From a virus (taxonomy: Duplodnaviria; Caudoviricetes), in IMG/VR virus record IMGVR_UViG_3300031825_000016, positions 1 through 51,955 of that record: a stretch of 51,955 nucleotides of DNA; one strand, 5' to 3'. Below the pieces are notes generated by a model. The model ran no database searches. It worked only from the letters and a program-made list of their open reading frames with translations, and had not been told where the DNA came from. Position 1 is the first letter of the stretch. Each line of letters begins with the position of its first letter. Below, one piece after another: positions 1 through 9,145 of this stretch. A program made the position numbers and the translations under genes.

Positions 1-246
1 GCGCTAAGAGTCCGGTATATGGCTTGGTTTAACGGAGCAACGGAACTGGGGAGAAAAGCAATCACACAGCAAACTGGGAATTTGGTGTCTACTACTTATC
101 TATCACCCTTCGAGGCCAATGTAACTACTACCCATTTAGGGTGGTTTGGGGGCATTAAGTCCACGAGCGAAGCGGGTACGGGGGTCTTGGTAGACTATCA
201 AGCATATGCGAAAACCAAGACCTCGCTTGAGGCAATCCAGATAGAT
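1..246. repeat. Terminal direct repeat (copy 1), assembly overlap of a circular genome
   Basis: 1-246 equals 51710-51955 except C128 vs T51837. Confidence 0.97.
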
Positions 247-270
247 AAAACCGATACCAAAGGGTGGTGA
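1..270 (+). CDS. C-terminal end of the tail tip/hub protein that starts at 50213 and crosses the junction
   Basis: The frame from ATG 50213 runs without a stop into GCG CTA AGA GTC CGG TAT ATG GCT; the 83-aa ORF 19-270 is its tail. Confidence 0.9.
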   Translation, partial: ALRVRYMAWFNGATELGRKAITQQTGNLVSTTYLSPFEANVTTTHLGWFGGIKSTSEAGTGVLVDYQAYAKTKTSLEAIQIDKTDTKGW

Positions 271-274
271 TAAT

Positions 275-1183
275 TTGCCATACACTAAAACAAGCTGGGA
301 CGAGGCAACCGCAATAACTCCTGCTAGGCTAAACCAATTGGAGACTCAAGCCGAGACTGTTGAGGGAGACACCCGGACACCGAACCAGGCTGCAGCTCCA
401 GCACCATCGGGCACGCTGGCGAGTATCCTAAGCTACTTTGCAACGCGAATCAAGTCAATAACAGGTAGGGCCAACTGGTATGATGCTCCGGATATTACAT
501 TAGCAAGCCTTAACGCTCATACCTCAAGACACGTCCCGGGTGGGGATGATGCACTGCCAACAGCTGCCCCTTCAGGCGGCTTAGGTACGTCTAACGTAGT
601 AGGCGTAAGCACGAGTTTCGCCCGAGCGGATCATGGACACCTGGCCTTTGACACTACGGCACCTGTAGCAGAGGCTATCGGATCTACCGTTTCGGTGGGG
701 GCAGCAAGCACAGCGGCTAGGCGAGACCATCGCCACGCGATGCCTGGTGCTGCAGACTTGCTAACGGCGATTAAAACCGTAGACGGAGCAGGAAGTGGAC
801 TAGACGCTGATACGGTAGATGGTTATGCTGCGAGCGCAGGTACACCTGCTAACTCCATACCTGTACGTGATAGTGCTGGACAAATTCCAATGCCAAATGG
901 TTATCCAATAGTTGACGCCGCTGCTTACACAAAAATACTGTCTGGAACCACTGTTGCAACAACTGATTCCAGCGGCAACGCAGTAATTAACATAGGGTAT
1001 GCCTCGGCCTACAACATAGTAGTGTTATCGGTTATAAACGGGGATACGGCCGCTTCTGGCGGCGCTGTAATTATTGGTGGGATCGTTGGTGCGGCCACCA
1101 ATAATTTTACCGTAAACACAAACCATATCGGTGGCGGCATTCGTCTAAACTGGATGGCGCGGGTTGACTGGAACCATGGCTAA
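275..1183 (+). CDS. Tail fibre/adsorption-type structural protein
   Basis: N-terminal YTKTSW..AITPARLNQLE and DGAGSGLDADTVDG motifs typical of tail fibres; follows tail tip gene. Confidence 0.7.
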   Translation: MPYTKTSWDEATAITPARLNQLETQAETVEGDTRTPNQAAAPAPSGTLASILSYFATRIKSITGRANWYDAPDITLASLNAHTSRHVPGGDDALPTAAPSGGLGTSNVVGVSTSFARADHGHLAFDTTAPVAEAIGSTVSVGAASTAARRDHRHAMPGAADLLTAIKTVDGAGSGLDADTVDGYAASAGTPANSIPVRDSAGQIPMPNGYPIVDAAAYTKILSGTTVATTDSSGNAVINIGYASAYNIVVLSVINGDTAASGGAVIIGGIVGAATNNFTVNTNHIGGGIRLNWMARVDWNHG

Positions 1184-1201
1184 AAATGGGGAGGGGTAAA
1201 A

Positions 1202-1435
1202 GTGTCAGTTAATCTACAGGTAACTATATCAGTACCTGGTCCATGCAAAGTATGCAGACAAATCGAAGGTACATTATTCGTCACAGACGGAGTTAACTTT
1301 GTTTATCTGTGTCCAACGCATGCGCAACAGGTGAAAAGTGGTTCGGCCTTGTTTAGCACCCTTACAAATACCTCCTACGCTGGCTGGGATGACATCGAGA
1401 TCCGAACTAAGCTGGAGATACTGCTTCAAAATTAA
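1202..1435 (+). CDS. Small hypothetical protein with CxxC/CxxH (possible fibre chaperone)
   Basis: GGGGAGGGG RBS, GTG start, in tail operon. Confidence 0.55.
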   Translation: MSVNLQVTISVPGPCKVCRQIEGTLFVTDGVNFVYLCPTHAQQVKSGSALFSTLTNTSYAGWDDIEIRTKLEILLQN

Positions 1436-1474
1436 GCCGACCAGTTATTCGCAATAGCCAAGGAGGAGATCTAG

Positions 1475-1957
1475 TTGGCATACAATACCAAAAACATAAA
1501 ACGGGATCAGGGTAATATTGGAATCCCGCAATATTACGACTCCGTGATAGATGACTACGTACCAGCCGAGGGATCTGATGGCGCCATTCACGTTAAGCTA
1601 ATAAGCCAGCTTCCCGCAGGAGCGACTCATTTCATTGTGCCCGCCACAAGTTTGGCTAACGCAGCGGGGGTTGCAACGGTTGCCGCTGTAACGGGCAAGC
1701 AGCATCACGTCATGGGCTATTTGGTTTGTATTCGCGGAGCTTCAGCAGGCAATGACATCCTGGTCACTCTCAAAGATGACACTACCGTAAAGCTCACTGA
1801 CGTCATCGGCAACGCTTCCCCCTCCGGCTCTGCTGCAGAGAAGGTCAGCTCTATGCCTATCTTGATTGGTACGGCAAGTAAAGATCTTTCGCTGAATGTC
1901 GGAGCTGGCGGTTCTGGCGTGATCTCTGAACTCACAGTTTGGGGCTACACGTTATGA
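1475..1957 (+). CDS. Putative virion structural protein
   Basis: AAGGAGGAG RBS, TTG start; beta-rich composition; tail operon. Confidence 0.6.
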   Translation: MAYNTKNIKRDQGNIGIPQYYDSVIDDYVPAEGSDGAIHVKLISQLPAGATHFIVPATSLANAAGVATVAAVTGKQHHVMGYLVCIRGASAGNDILVTLKDDTTVKLTDVIGNASPSGSAAEKVSSMPILIGTASKDLSLNVGAGGSGVISELTVWGYTL

Positions 1958-2430
1958 AATCCAAGCACAGAAATTCGCGGAATGTATTTGCCCCGCTGGC
2001 GGCAGTTCCGGCTCGCTAACTACAACGGATACGGGGCAACCTTGGATAGTGAGAAACGGCTCATGGGCACGTGATGCTGACGGTTTCTATTTGTCTACAG
2101 GCGTTTCGTTACCCTGCTTATCGCAGGTGCGTCAATAGGCCTGCTTATACCCAATCCCATTTATATTGGGTATACCCATTGATACCGGAGTTTACGTCCG
2201 GCAGCGTTCCACAGCCACAGACCCGGAATCAGCCCACAGGCTTTACCATATATGGCCTGACTCGCCAGGCTACTCGACAGCACTTGCTGTCTAATCCTGA
2301 CTTTACCGACATGCTGTTGTCCCCCAGAGGCTTTCGCGTGAGGTTAGTCGGTTGTCTTACATCGCAACGCAGGAGCGATGATTTCTGTGAAATATATATG
2401 AAGCGCACAACGTGCGCACAAAGGGAGGAA
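1954..2430 (+). pseudogene. Possible decayed structural gene remnant
   Basis: ATG overlaps the upstream stop but closes after 21 codons; another frame reads SLTTTDTGQPWIVRNGSW; no frame is open throughout. Confidence 0.3.
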
Positions 2431-2436
2431 TAAATC

Positions 2437-2856
2437 ATGGCAACTACCGCAAAGTTATTTGGTCGCGCAATCGAAAAGGCGTTCAAGGGCGAAATCAACT
2501 GGGCCACTGGTGCAATTAAAGTCATGTTTACGTCCAGCGCATATGTCCCCGATCAGGACGCTCACCAATACAAATCCTCGGTAATCAACGAGATAACTGA
2601 CGCAGGCTACACGGTCCGGGGCTATGCCTTAGCCAATAAGGCGATCACTTACGATGCCGCGACCAATGTTACCAAGTTTGACGCCGACGACCAGAGCTTA
2701 CCCTCCCCGATTACTGCAGCCCGGGCAATCGTCTACCAAGATACCGGCAACGATGCCACCAGCCCACTAATCTGCTTCATCGACTTCGGGGTTGACACAA
2801 CCCTGAATATCCTACAATGGGATGCCGCGGGGATATTTACCCATACCGCAGCTTAA
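2437..2856 (+). CDS. Minor tail protein
   Basis: GGGAGG RBS; IKVMFTSSAYVPDQDAH...PLICFIDFG resembles small siphovirus minor tail proteins. Confidence 0.7.
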   Translation: MATTAKLFGRAIEKAFKGEINWATGAIKVMFTSSAYVPDQDAHQYKSSVINEITDAGYTVRGYALANKAITYDAATNVTKFDADDQSLPSPITAARAIVYQDTGNDATSPLICFIDFGVDTTLNILQWDAAGIFTHTAA

Positions 2857-2869
2857 GGGGGTGTAGACA

Positions 2870-5002
2870 TTGGGACTCTATAATACAATTCTAGCCATGG
2901 TGCCCCGCATTCCGGGAAGAACCACGGCTGTATTAGTAGACGAAGTAGATGCCAATCACCGAAACGGTACATTTGCCATCCCCTCAGGCGGCATAATCCT
3001 CCTGATGGATGAACACGACGCATCGGCTGGAGTAATGGCCATGACGGCTGCAGGAGCCACCTTTACGCGAGACACCACAGGTACCCCTGCGGCAGGGCAG
3101 TTTTACTACGACCCTGAACTCCGCAGAGTCATCTGTAACGCCACAGACGCGGGTAAAACGGTCAACAGCCTGCAGTATTATAGCCTGGGCGGGGTAGTGA
3201 GGGCCGCAACCCTGAACGACATCCTGGCCGCCGTACAGTCCATGGCCACCAATAAATCAGACGTCCTGCGGGTTGCCTCAAGCTTGAGCCTAACCGCTGC
3301 CAACGCCCCAGACTATGACCTCGCCATTGTAAACGATGGCACCAACCCCCCGACCTTTTATGTTAGCGACCGGGTAGACACATGGAATCAAACCGCAGGA
3401 AGCTCTGCCCCAGCAGCGGGCACGCTTGGGTTCACTGCCCAACCTGCGCTGGTTGCCAGTTCCGTAACTGGTGGTGGTTGGATTGTACAGTTTGCGTATC
3501 AAAACGATGGCAGTGCAAATCCGGTAACAATTGAACAGCAGCTTGTGTCAGGAGGGGCTTGGACGACCGTAACGCCAGTAGCAGCAGGAGCTGCTTGGAG
3601 AGTCACGGTAGCAGGGCAAGCACCCGGCAGCTATGCCCATAAGATTAGATTGTCGCAGGGTGCGTCCACCGTTACTAGTACAACAGCAGTTGTCGTCAAC
3701 CTCTCGGTTCCTGCGGCGACTGTCAATGTATCTAATGTAGCTATGTTAGCCGGGCAGGGAAGTATGAATGTTGCCGGGGTTGTTTCTGGAAGGGCCACCC
3801 AAGGCACCGTTACAAAACTCAGGTTTGTGTGCATGTTGGCTGCAGATGCAGACGAAGCTGCGGCTGTTACAGCAGGGCGGTACATAGACCTTGTCAGTCC
3901 GACTCTGGATGTCAATGGAAACTACTCAGCCAGCCTAAGTCCGTTGAGCATGGCGTACAGCGCGGCCTATACAGTTAAGGTGCAAGTGACTCAGTTAAGC
4001 GGTGACGGCATTACTTCGCAGGCTGGGAACTGGAGTGCAGGAGCGGCGATTTCCACACCTGCTGTGCCTGTAGTAACCGGGTTCGCCGTTACCCCCGGGA
4101 ACGCTCAAAACACCCTGTCTTGGAGCGCCTTGGGAACTGGGGAAACGGTTAATATTTACAGGTCTCTTACAGCAGGAGTTAAAGGCTCATTGCTTTATAG
4201 TGGTCTAACAGGAACGTCTAAGGTAGATCCTAGCTTAACTAACGGTACAACGTATTATTACACCGCTACAAGAGTGGTGGGTAGTACGGAATCGGCTGAT
4301 TCTGCTCAAGTTAGCGAAATGCCATCGGCCAATCTTACAGCTGGCACAGTCGTTTCGCTCACTGGTGGCAATATGACAGCATTGATTGGTAGCGAAAATG
4401 TATCATATCCTGCCTATATTACCCAAACTGCCGCTAGTACATTTAGGTTAAATTCTAATGTTAAAAATGGTACTACAGAATACATGGAGCTTACTAATTT
4501 ATCGAGTGGTCTTGTATCGGGAGCATATCTTGTTGATATTGATATTTCTGCATTTAGTTCTACGGATCTTAGAGATTGTTATGCAATATCAATTCGAGAT
4601 AATACAGTGGCTCCAACAAATGGAGATACCTACAACCAAAATTCTGGTGCTAGGAAGATAATGCTCCTGATTCGTAAAAATGGATCAAACTATGAGGCTT
4701 CTATTGGAAAAATTAATGCTACTGGCACATTGAAACAATGGGCTCCAGGAACAAGTACCTGGGTGAATTGGGGTGCGTACCCAACAGTCATTACACTTCC
4801 AACACGATTTAAAGTAGCAAAAGATGTATCGAATAATTACACAGTGACTATAGGTTCTGTGGTAGCAACAATAACAAGTGATTTGCGTAACCAAAGTTCG
4901 TCAGATTATATTATTGTTGGAGATCCGATTTATGACACAAATGATACATCTAAGAATTATGGCAACTCGGATATGACCATTGATGTTTATCAAGTTAAGT
5001 AA
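2870..5002 (+). CDS. Large virion protein with fibronectin type III domain
   Basis: TPGNAQNTLSW...VNIYRS...DPSLTNGTTYYYTAT FN3 signature. Confidence 0.7.
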   Translation: MGLYNTILAMVPRIPGRTTAVLVDEVDANHRNGTFAIPSGGIILLMDEHDASAGVMAMTAAGATFTRDTTGTPAAGQFYYDPELRRVICNATDAGKTVNSLQYYSLGGVVRAATLNDILAAVQSMATNKSDVLRVASSLSLTAANAPDYDLAIVNDGTNPPTFYVSDRVDTWNQTAGSSAPAAGTLGFTAQPALVASSVTGGGWIVQFAYQNDGSANPVTIEQQLVSGGAWTTVTPVAAGAAWRVTVAGQAPGSYAHKIRLSQGASTVTSTTAVVVNLSVPAATVNVSNVAMLAGQGSMNVAGVVSGRATQGTVTKLRFVCMLAADADEAAAVTAGRYIDLVSPTLDVNGNYSASLSPLSMAYSAAYTVKVQVTQLSGDGITSQAGNWSAGAAISTPAVPVVTGFAVTPGNAQNTLSWSALGTGETVNIYRSLTAGVKGSLLYSGLTGTSKVDPSLTNGTTYYYTATRVVGSTESADSAQVSEMPSANLTAGTVVSLTGGNMTALIGSENVSYPAYITQTAASTFRLNSNVKNGTTEYMELTNLSSGLVSGAYLVDIDISAFSSTDLRDCYAISIRDNTVAPTNGDTYNQNSGARKIMLLIRKNGSNYEASIGKINATGTLKQWAPGTSTWVNWGAYPTVITLPTRFKVAKDVSNNYTVTIGSVVATITSDLRNQSSSDYIIVGDPIYDTNDTSKNYGNSDMTIDVYQVK

Positions 5003-5026
5003 GGGAGGAAATTAATGGAATTGTAG

Positions 5027-7894
5027 GTGATATTTATGTCATTTTTAAGAAAGACAAAAACAGTCATAAGTAATGGATCAAAAACAAACTTTCAGATGGG
5101 AAAACTCCGGTTGCATAAGGCAACCGGAGTTGATTCATCTGGTGGTACTAATGATTCCATTCAACATATTTATCTTGGAAACAATATAGATGACAATTTC
5201 TTTTGTGTTAGATTTTATGCACAGGACGGAATCACTCCATTAAAACACAGAAGGCTCAATGTGGCTTCCGGTGTCTCAGCGGATTTCATTGTTTTAATAC
5301 CTTCCATGCCCGCCGGTGGTCAGATTAGTATTTTTATTGATTATGCTATAAGCGGCTACTCGACCGAGAGTACAGACGAGACACTATTAAACATTAATGT
5401 AGATGGATTAAGATATTATCCTGAATTATATGATGCTCGAATAAATTGTGGGGAACCTAATATAAAATGGGATGCCACCGCAGGAAAGTTTAAACAATGG
5501 GGAGATGGCATACTTTATAACGCCAACGGTGGTGGCCCCTATGGAGCACCTTACAATGTATGGGTTGATGAATGGATAAGCCTTTTTTCCTCAGTTGATG
5601 GATTCACCTGGACTCTTGAAGGTGAAGTTGTACACCCAACAGATGGGGCACAGCGTCCTGGTATATATAGAGAAGATAACGGCACCGTTCACATGCTTGT
5701 TACTCCTTTCTATGACCCTACAAGACCTGGTGGAGGATTCGATTACTGGAGAAGTCCAAGCGGAAACCCAGGCACGTTTACATTAATACAAAAGAATGTA
5801 ATTTCCCCAGGTTCTACGGGTTCGTGGGATACAAATGCAGCAGGAAATGTTCACATTTATTATGAAAATAGTACATGGTACGTTCTTTATGAAGCTAGTA
5901 GCCCAAATAACAACTGGACAACAGGTATCGCTTCTGGCCCATCGTTAACACAATTAACTAAGTATAGCGGGAATCCAATATTATCAACGGCTAGTGGGCA
6001 ATCTTTTGGTGGCCCAGAAATGTATAAAATCAATGAGAAGTATTGTCTCTTTAGTCACGGATGGAAACCCGGAAATACTGCCGGTTCAACATTAGGTTTA
6101 TGGACTGCCGATAATATACTTGGACCATATAGTTGGCATTCTTGGCTGTTTCATAAACCTTTCCCCTATGGTTATGGTACGGGTGATTTATCCCAAGTAG
6201 GAGATGTAACCGTAACAGAAAAAGATGGAAAGACATATTTTTATTTTACTCAAAATATCAGCCAGTCAGTTCAGCCAGGAGAAACAGCTTTATCTCACAT
6301 GTCGCTGGTAACTTATGATGCACCATTATCTAGATTACTAGACCCTGTAATTACCACACACCGCAACGATGATCTTGTGGCTGAAGGTTGGGTGTTCGAT
6401 TCTGGGTATGGGGAGTATTCACCGGGGACTTGGAAAAGTGAAACAACTTATTTTCGAAAACGAACTATGAAAGATGCTACCCTGGCAGCACAAAGTCCTC
6501 CACACTATTATGTATCCGATATAATGCCCGTTGCTATTTGTGCTAAAACTGATTCTACGCATCAACTTAAAGTTAGAAAGCTAATAAATACCCCAAATGT
6601 TGAAAACACCTTTTATTCTTCTGCTAGGGCAGAACAAACTAATAAACGATTCATTCCTTTTCGGATTGATAAAGATAACACTGGCGGTATTTTAGCTGGT
6701 GTTGTCTTTGATTCTGATGGAAATTTGAAGTATTACAATGGTGCAGCATTAACCACAATCAAGGCTTATGTTGTAGGTACTTACTACAGTTTTAAGGCAA
6801 AGTGTCACACTTCTGGTTATGACCTGTATGTTGATGATTTTCAAACACCAGTGGCGACAAACATCCCTTATGCTTCAGCCTTTGCTCAACCTCAATACTT
6901 CTATGTTGAACAGGCTATGGGGGCAGAAGGGTATTTGGGATCACTCTATACTGTGCAGTATTCGGATGCGGCTACAGAGCCAACCTGGGGAGGAACAGGG
7001 ACTCCAAGCTCAACCCAAGCCGTCTACGACTCTTTAACCTACGACACAACGACCCTCGACCGCACCACGTCCCCCCTGGTGATACCACCAGCTGCATCCA
7101 CAGGCCAAGCATATGCTCCGACAGCCGCCAAGTCCGTAATGGTCCCTGTCGCTACCTCCGCAGGCCGAGCATTTGCACCCAAGGTAATATCCCCCGTTAC
7201 AGTCCCCGTGGCGACTTCGACAGGGCGGGCTTATGTCCCAGTGCCAGTAGGGGTTGTCAAAATACCCGTGGCCACCAGCACGGGACAGGCTAAAGCCCCA
7301 ACAGCTATTCGGATTGTGGCAGTACTAGCGGCAACCAGCACAGGCAGGGCAGTAGCGCCCATTGTAACGCTTCAGGTCAGCGTGATCCCTGCGGCGACAT
7401 CTACGGGGCGGGCAATACCACCAAGGTTGGTTGTGACGGTCAAGGTTCCCGCGGCGACGAGTACCGGCAGGGCTTACGCTCCCACGCTCAGCACCAAAGA
7501 CCACAAATCCCCGGTATTCAAATGGGTTGAGATGCCGGACAAATTGCAGTGGACAGAACTGCCAGACAAGCTTAAATGGGAGGTGATTGGCGAAATGATA
7601 TTCTATGTCGGCGATTACAAACCGGCTGAGATTAGAGTCAGTATGACAAGTGAATATCCGGACGAAACCTTCATATTGCTGAATGCTACTTACACCTGGA
7701 TTAAACCAGACGGAACCAAGGAAACCGGAACCGCAAGCATCGATGGTGATGTGCTTTATGTCTGGCTTAGGCCAACGCTCAAGGGGCATTTTCAGCCCTT
7801 GTTTTTTGAGGCAGAGGCTGTACTCAGCAAGAGCGGAACACAGAAAAGAGTATTCGGTCCAGTGCAAATCGACGTAAGAGAGGAGGCGGCATAA
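5027..7894 (+). CDS. Multidomain receptor-binding/tail protein: DUF2341-like N-terminus, glycoside-hydrolase-like beta-propeller, stalk repeats
   Basis: VRFYAQDGITPL..ADFIVLIPSMPAG; SVDGFTWT, GSWDT, KYSGNPIL propeller-like motifs; ATSTGRA repeats. Confidence 0.65.
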   Translation: MIFMSFLRKTKTVISNGSKTNFQMGKLRLHKATGVDSSGGTNDSIQHIYLGNNIDDNFFCVRFYAQDGITPLKHRRLNVASGVSADFIVLIPSMPAGGQISIFIDYAISGYSTESTDETLLNINVDGLRYYPELYDARINCGEPNIKWDATAGKFKQWGDGILYNANGGGPYGAPYNVWVDEWISLFSSVDGFTWTLEGEVVHPTDGAQRPGIYREDNGTVHMLVTPFYDPTRPGGGFDYWRSPSGNPGTFTLIQKNVISPGSTGSWDTNAAGNVHIYYENSTWYVLYEASSPNNNWTTGIASGPSLTQLTKYSGNPILSTASGQSFGGPEMYKINEKYCLFSHGWKPGNTAGSTLGLWTADNILGPYSWHSWLFHKPFPYGYGTGDLSQVGDVTVTEKDGKTYFYFTQNISQSVQPGETALSHMSLVTYDAPLSRLLDPVITTHRNDDLVAEGWVFDSGYGEYSPGTWKSETTYFRKRTMKDATLAAQSPPHYYVSDIMPVAICAKTDSTHQLKVRKLINTPNVENTFYSSARAEQTNKRFIPFRIDKDNTGGILAGVVFDSDGNLKYYNGAALTTIKAYVVGTYYSFKAKCHTSGYDLYVDDFQTPVATNIPYASAFAQPQYFYVEQAMGAEGYLGSLYTVQYSDAATEPTWGGTGTPSSTQAVYDSLTYDTTTLDRTTSPLVIPPAASTGQAYAPTAAKSVMVPVATSAGRAFAPKVISPVTVPVATSTGRAYVPVPVGVVKIPVATSTGQAKAPTAIRIVAVLAATSTGRAVAPIVTLQVSVIPAATSTGRAIPPRLVVTVKVPAATSTGRAYAPTLSTKDHKSPVFKWVEMPDKLQWTELPDKLKWEVIGEMIFYVGDYKPAEIRVSMTSEYPDETFILLNATYTWIKPDGTKETGTASIDGDVLYVWLRPTLKGHFQPLFFEAEAVLSKSGTQKRVFGPVQIDVREEAA
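7082..7483 (+). repeat. Seven ~20-aa protein repeats ([IV]PxATSTGRAxxP)
   Basis: Read from translation; DNA copies diverged. Confidence 0.85.
7595..7894 (+). CDS. In-frame embedded gene / internal start (99 aa, MIFYVGDYKPAEIRV...)
   Basis: GGAGGTGA at 7579-7586, 8 nt before in-frame ATG 7595. Confidence 0.5.
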   Translation: MIFYVGDYKPAEIRVSMTSEYPDETFILLNATYTWIKPDGTKETGTASIDGDVLYVWLRPTLKGHFQPLFFEAEAVLSKSGTQKRVFGPVQIDVREEAA

Positions 7895-7946
7895 ACTGGC
7901 TGACTAGGTTGGCCTTTGTTTCCATCTTCCCGCCTTCCGGCGATTA

Positions 7947-7955
7947 TGATACAAT
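7947..7955 (+). promoter_or_regulatory. Extended -10 sigma-A promoter
   Basis: TGaTACAAT, 6 nt upstream of a structured element. Confidence 0.5.
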
Positions 7956-7961
7956 GATCAA

Positions 7962-8094
7962 GCCAGGGACTAGACCGGGGGTAGCTCCCTCGGTGACAAA
8001 CGGTTGCCCGCCGGTCCCTGGTACTTTGGGCAGCCCCATGGGCAAGGGTGCTATTGCACCTAACAAAAGACTTCGCTTTATGCGGGGTCTTTTT
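7962..8094 (+). ncRNA. Candidate pseudoknotted small RNA
   Basis: P1 GCCAGGGACT/GGTCCCTGGT; inner hairpin ACCGGGGG/CCCTCGGT; pseudoknot GGTTGCCC/GGGCAGCC; own promoter and terminator. Confidence 0.6.
8065..8094 (+). terminator. Rho-independent terminator
   Basis: AAAAGACTTCGC-TTTAT-GCGGGGTCTTTTT. Confidence 0.75.
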
Positions 8095-8118
8095 GTATTA
8101 CAGAAAGTAGGTGTTTAG

Positions 8119-8340
8119 GTGAGTGATGAACTAATCAAAATCGCACGACTAGAAGAAAAGGTTGATACACTAGAGCGACTTTACACCGCTGTCCAGAATG
8201 CGTTTAACGCGCGATTTGAAAAGCTGGAAGCCAAGTTAGACGAAGCGTTAAAGCGTCCATCTTGGTCAGTGGTGACTGTTGTCACTCTGCTTACCACCGT
8301 CACAGGCGGCCTAGTGGTGTATGTGCTAACAAAACATTAA
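8119..8340 (+). CDS. XhlA/holin-like protein (coiled coil plus C-terminal TM helix)
   Basis: Directly before endolysin; single C-terminal hydrophobic helix. Confidence 0.65.
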   Translation: MSDELIKIARLEEKVDTLERLYTAVQNAFNARFEKLEAKLDEALKRPSWSVVTVVTLLTTVTGGLVVYVLTKH

Positions 8341-8353
8341 AGGAGATGTTTTT

Positions 8354-9124
8354 ATGTCAATCTGCATTGACCCCGGGCATTCAGGCTCTGACCCTGGCGC
8401 AGTAGCCAACGGCCTACAGGAAAAAGATTTAACCCTGGCGATAAGCAAAAAGGTATTAGCCAGGCTTGACAGTTCAGCCTTCCCCACTCATACAGATGAT
8501 TCCTTCGTGGATCTCGATGTTCGCGCAGTTATTGCAAATAATGCAAAAGCTCAATACTTCTGCTCAATCCACATTAATGCCGGTGGAGGTACAGGTTTTG
8601 AGTCCTATGTCTTCGACGGCCCACACTCCCCCGAGACTGATCGGATCCGCGACATAATTCATTCGCATGTTGCCAAGGTTTTCGCAGCTCACGGACTGCC
8701 CGACAGGGGCAAGAAATCTGCCAACTTTGCTGTACTGCGTGAAACCGCTATGCCGGCTTGCCTGTTGGAGTTGGGTTTTATCGACAGTACACTGGATTCC
8801 TCATACCTCAGAACTGATTCCTTCCAGAATGAGCTTGCAGATGCCATTGCAACAGGGTTGAATGAAGCACTAGGGCAAACACCCGCACCTGCTCCCCAGG
8901 CCGTCCCTGCGCCCCCTCCTGTGGTTCATGTGCCATATCCCGGTTCCCTTATCCTAATAGGAAGCAGGGGAAACGCCGTGAAGATGATTCAAAGGGTTGT
9001 AGGCGTTAGGGATGATGGGATATTTGGGCCTGTAACTGATGGCGCAGTAAGACGTTGGCAGGATGCCCACGGACTTATTCCCGATGGTCAAGTGGGCCCA
9101 TTAACTTGGGCAAAAATGTTTTAA
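8354..9124 (+). CDS. Endolysin: N-acetylmuramoyl-L-alanine amidase (Amidase_3) plus PG-binding domain
   Basis: IDPGHSGSDPGA, EKDLTL, SIHINA, LLELGF; C-terminal DGIFGPVT/DGQVGPLTW. Confidence 0.95.
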   Translation: MSICIDPGHSGSDPGAVANGLQEKDLTLAISKKVLARLDSSAFPTHTDDSFVDLDVRAVIANNAKAQYFCSIHINAGGGTGFESYVFDGPHSPETDRIRDIIHSHVAKVFAAHGLPDRGKKSANFAVLRETAMPACLLELGFIDSTLDSSYLRTDSFQNELADAIATGLNEALGQTPAPAPQAVPAPPPVVHVPYPGSLILIGSRGNAVKMIQRVVGVRDDGIFGPVTDGAVRRWQDAHGLIPDGQVGPLTWAKMF

Positions 9125-9145
9125 TTAAGAAAGGTGGAAAAACAA

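Noticed and set aside
1-246. Physical direct terminal repeats of the virion DNA
   Set aside because: The repeat lies mid-gene far from the terminase, and HNH-terS-terL organisation suggests cos ends; assembly overlap is simpler
2071-2433. 120-aa ORF from the track
   Set aside because: No RBS, atypical composition, no recognisable motif
7962-8035. HDV-like ribozyme
   Set aside because: Only 3 nt between the P2 5' strand and P1 3' strand and 5 nt after P1; no room for P3 or P4
7909-8118. 69-aa ORF over the candidate ncRNA
   Set aside because: Runs through promoter, stems and terminator; weak start
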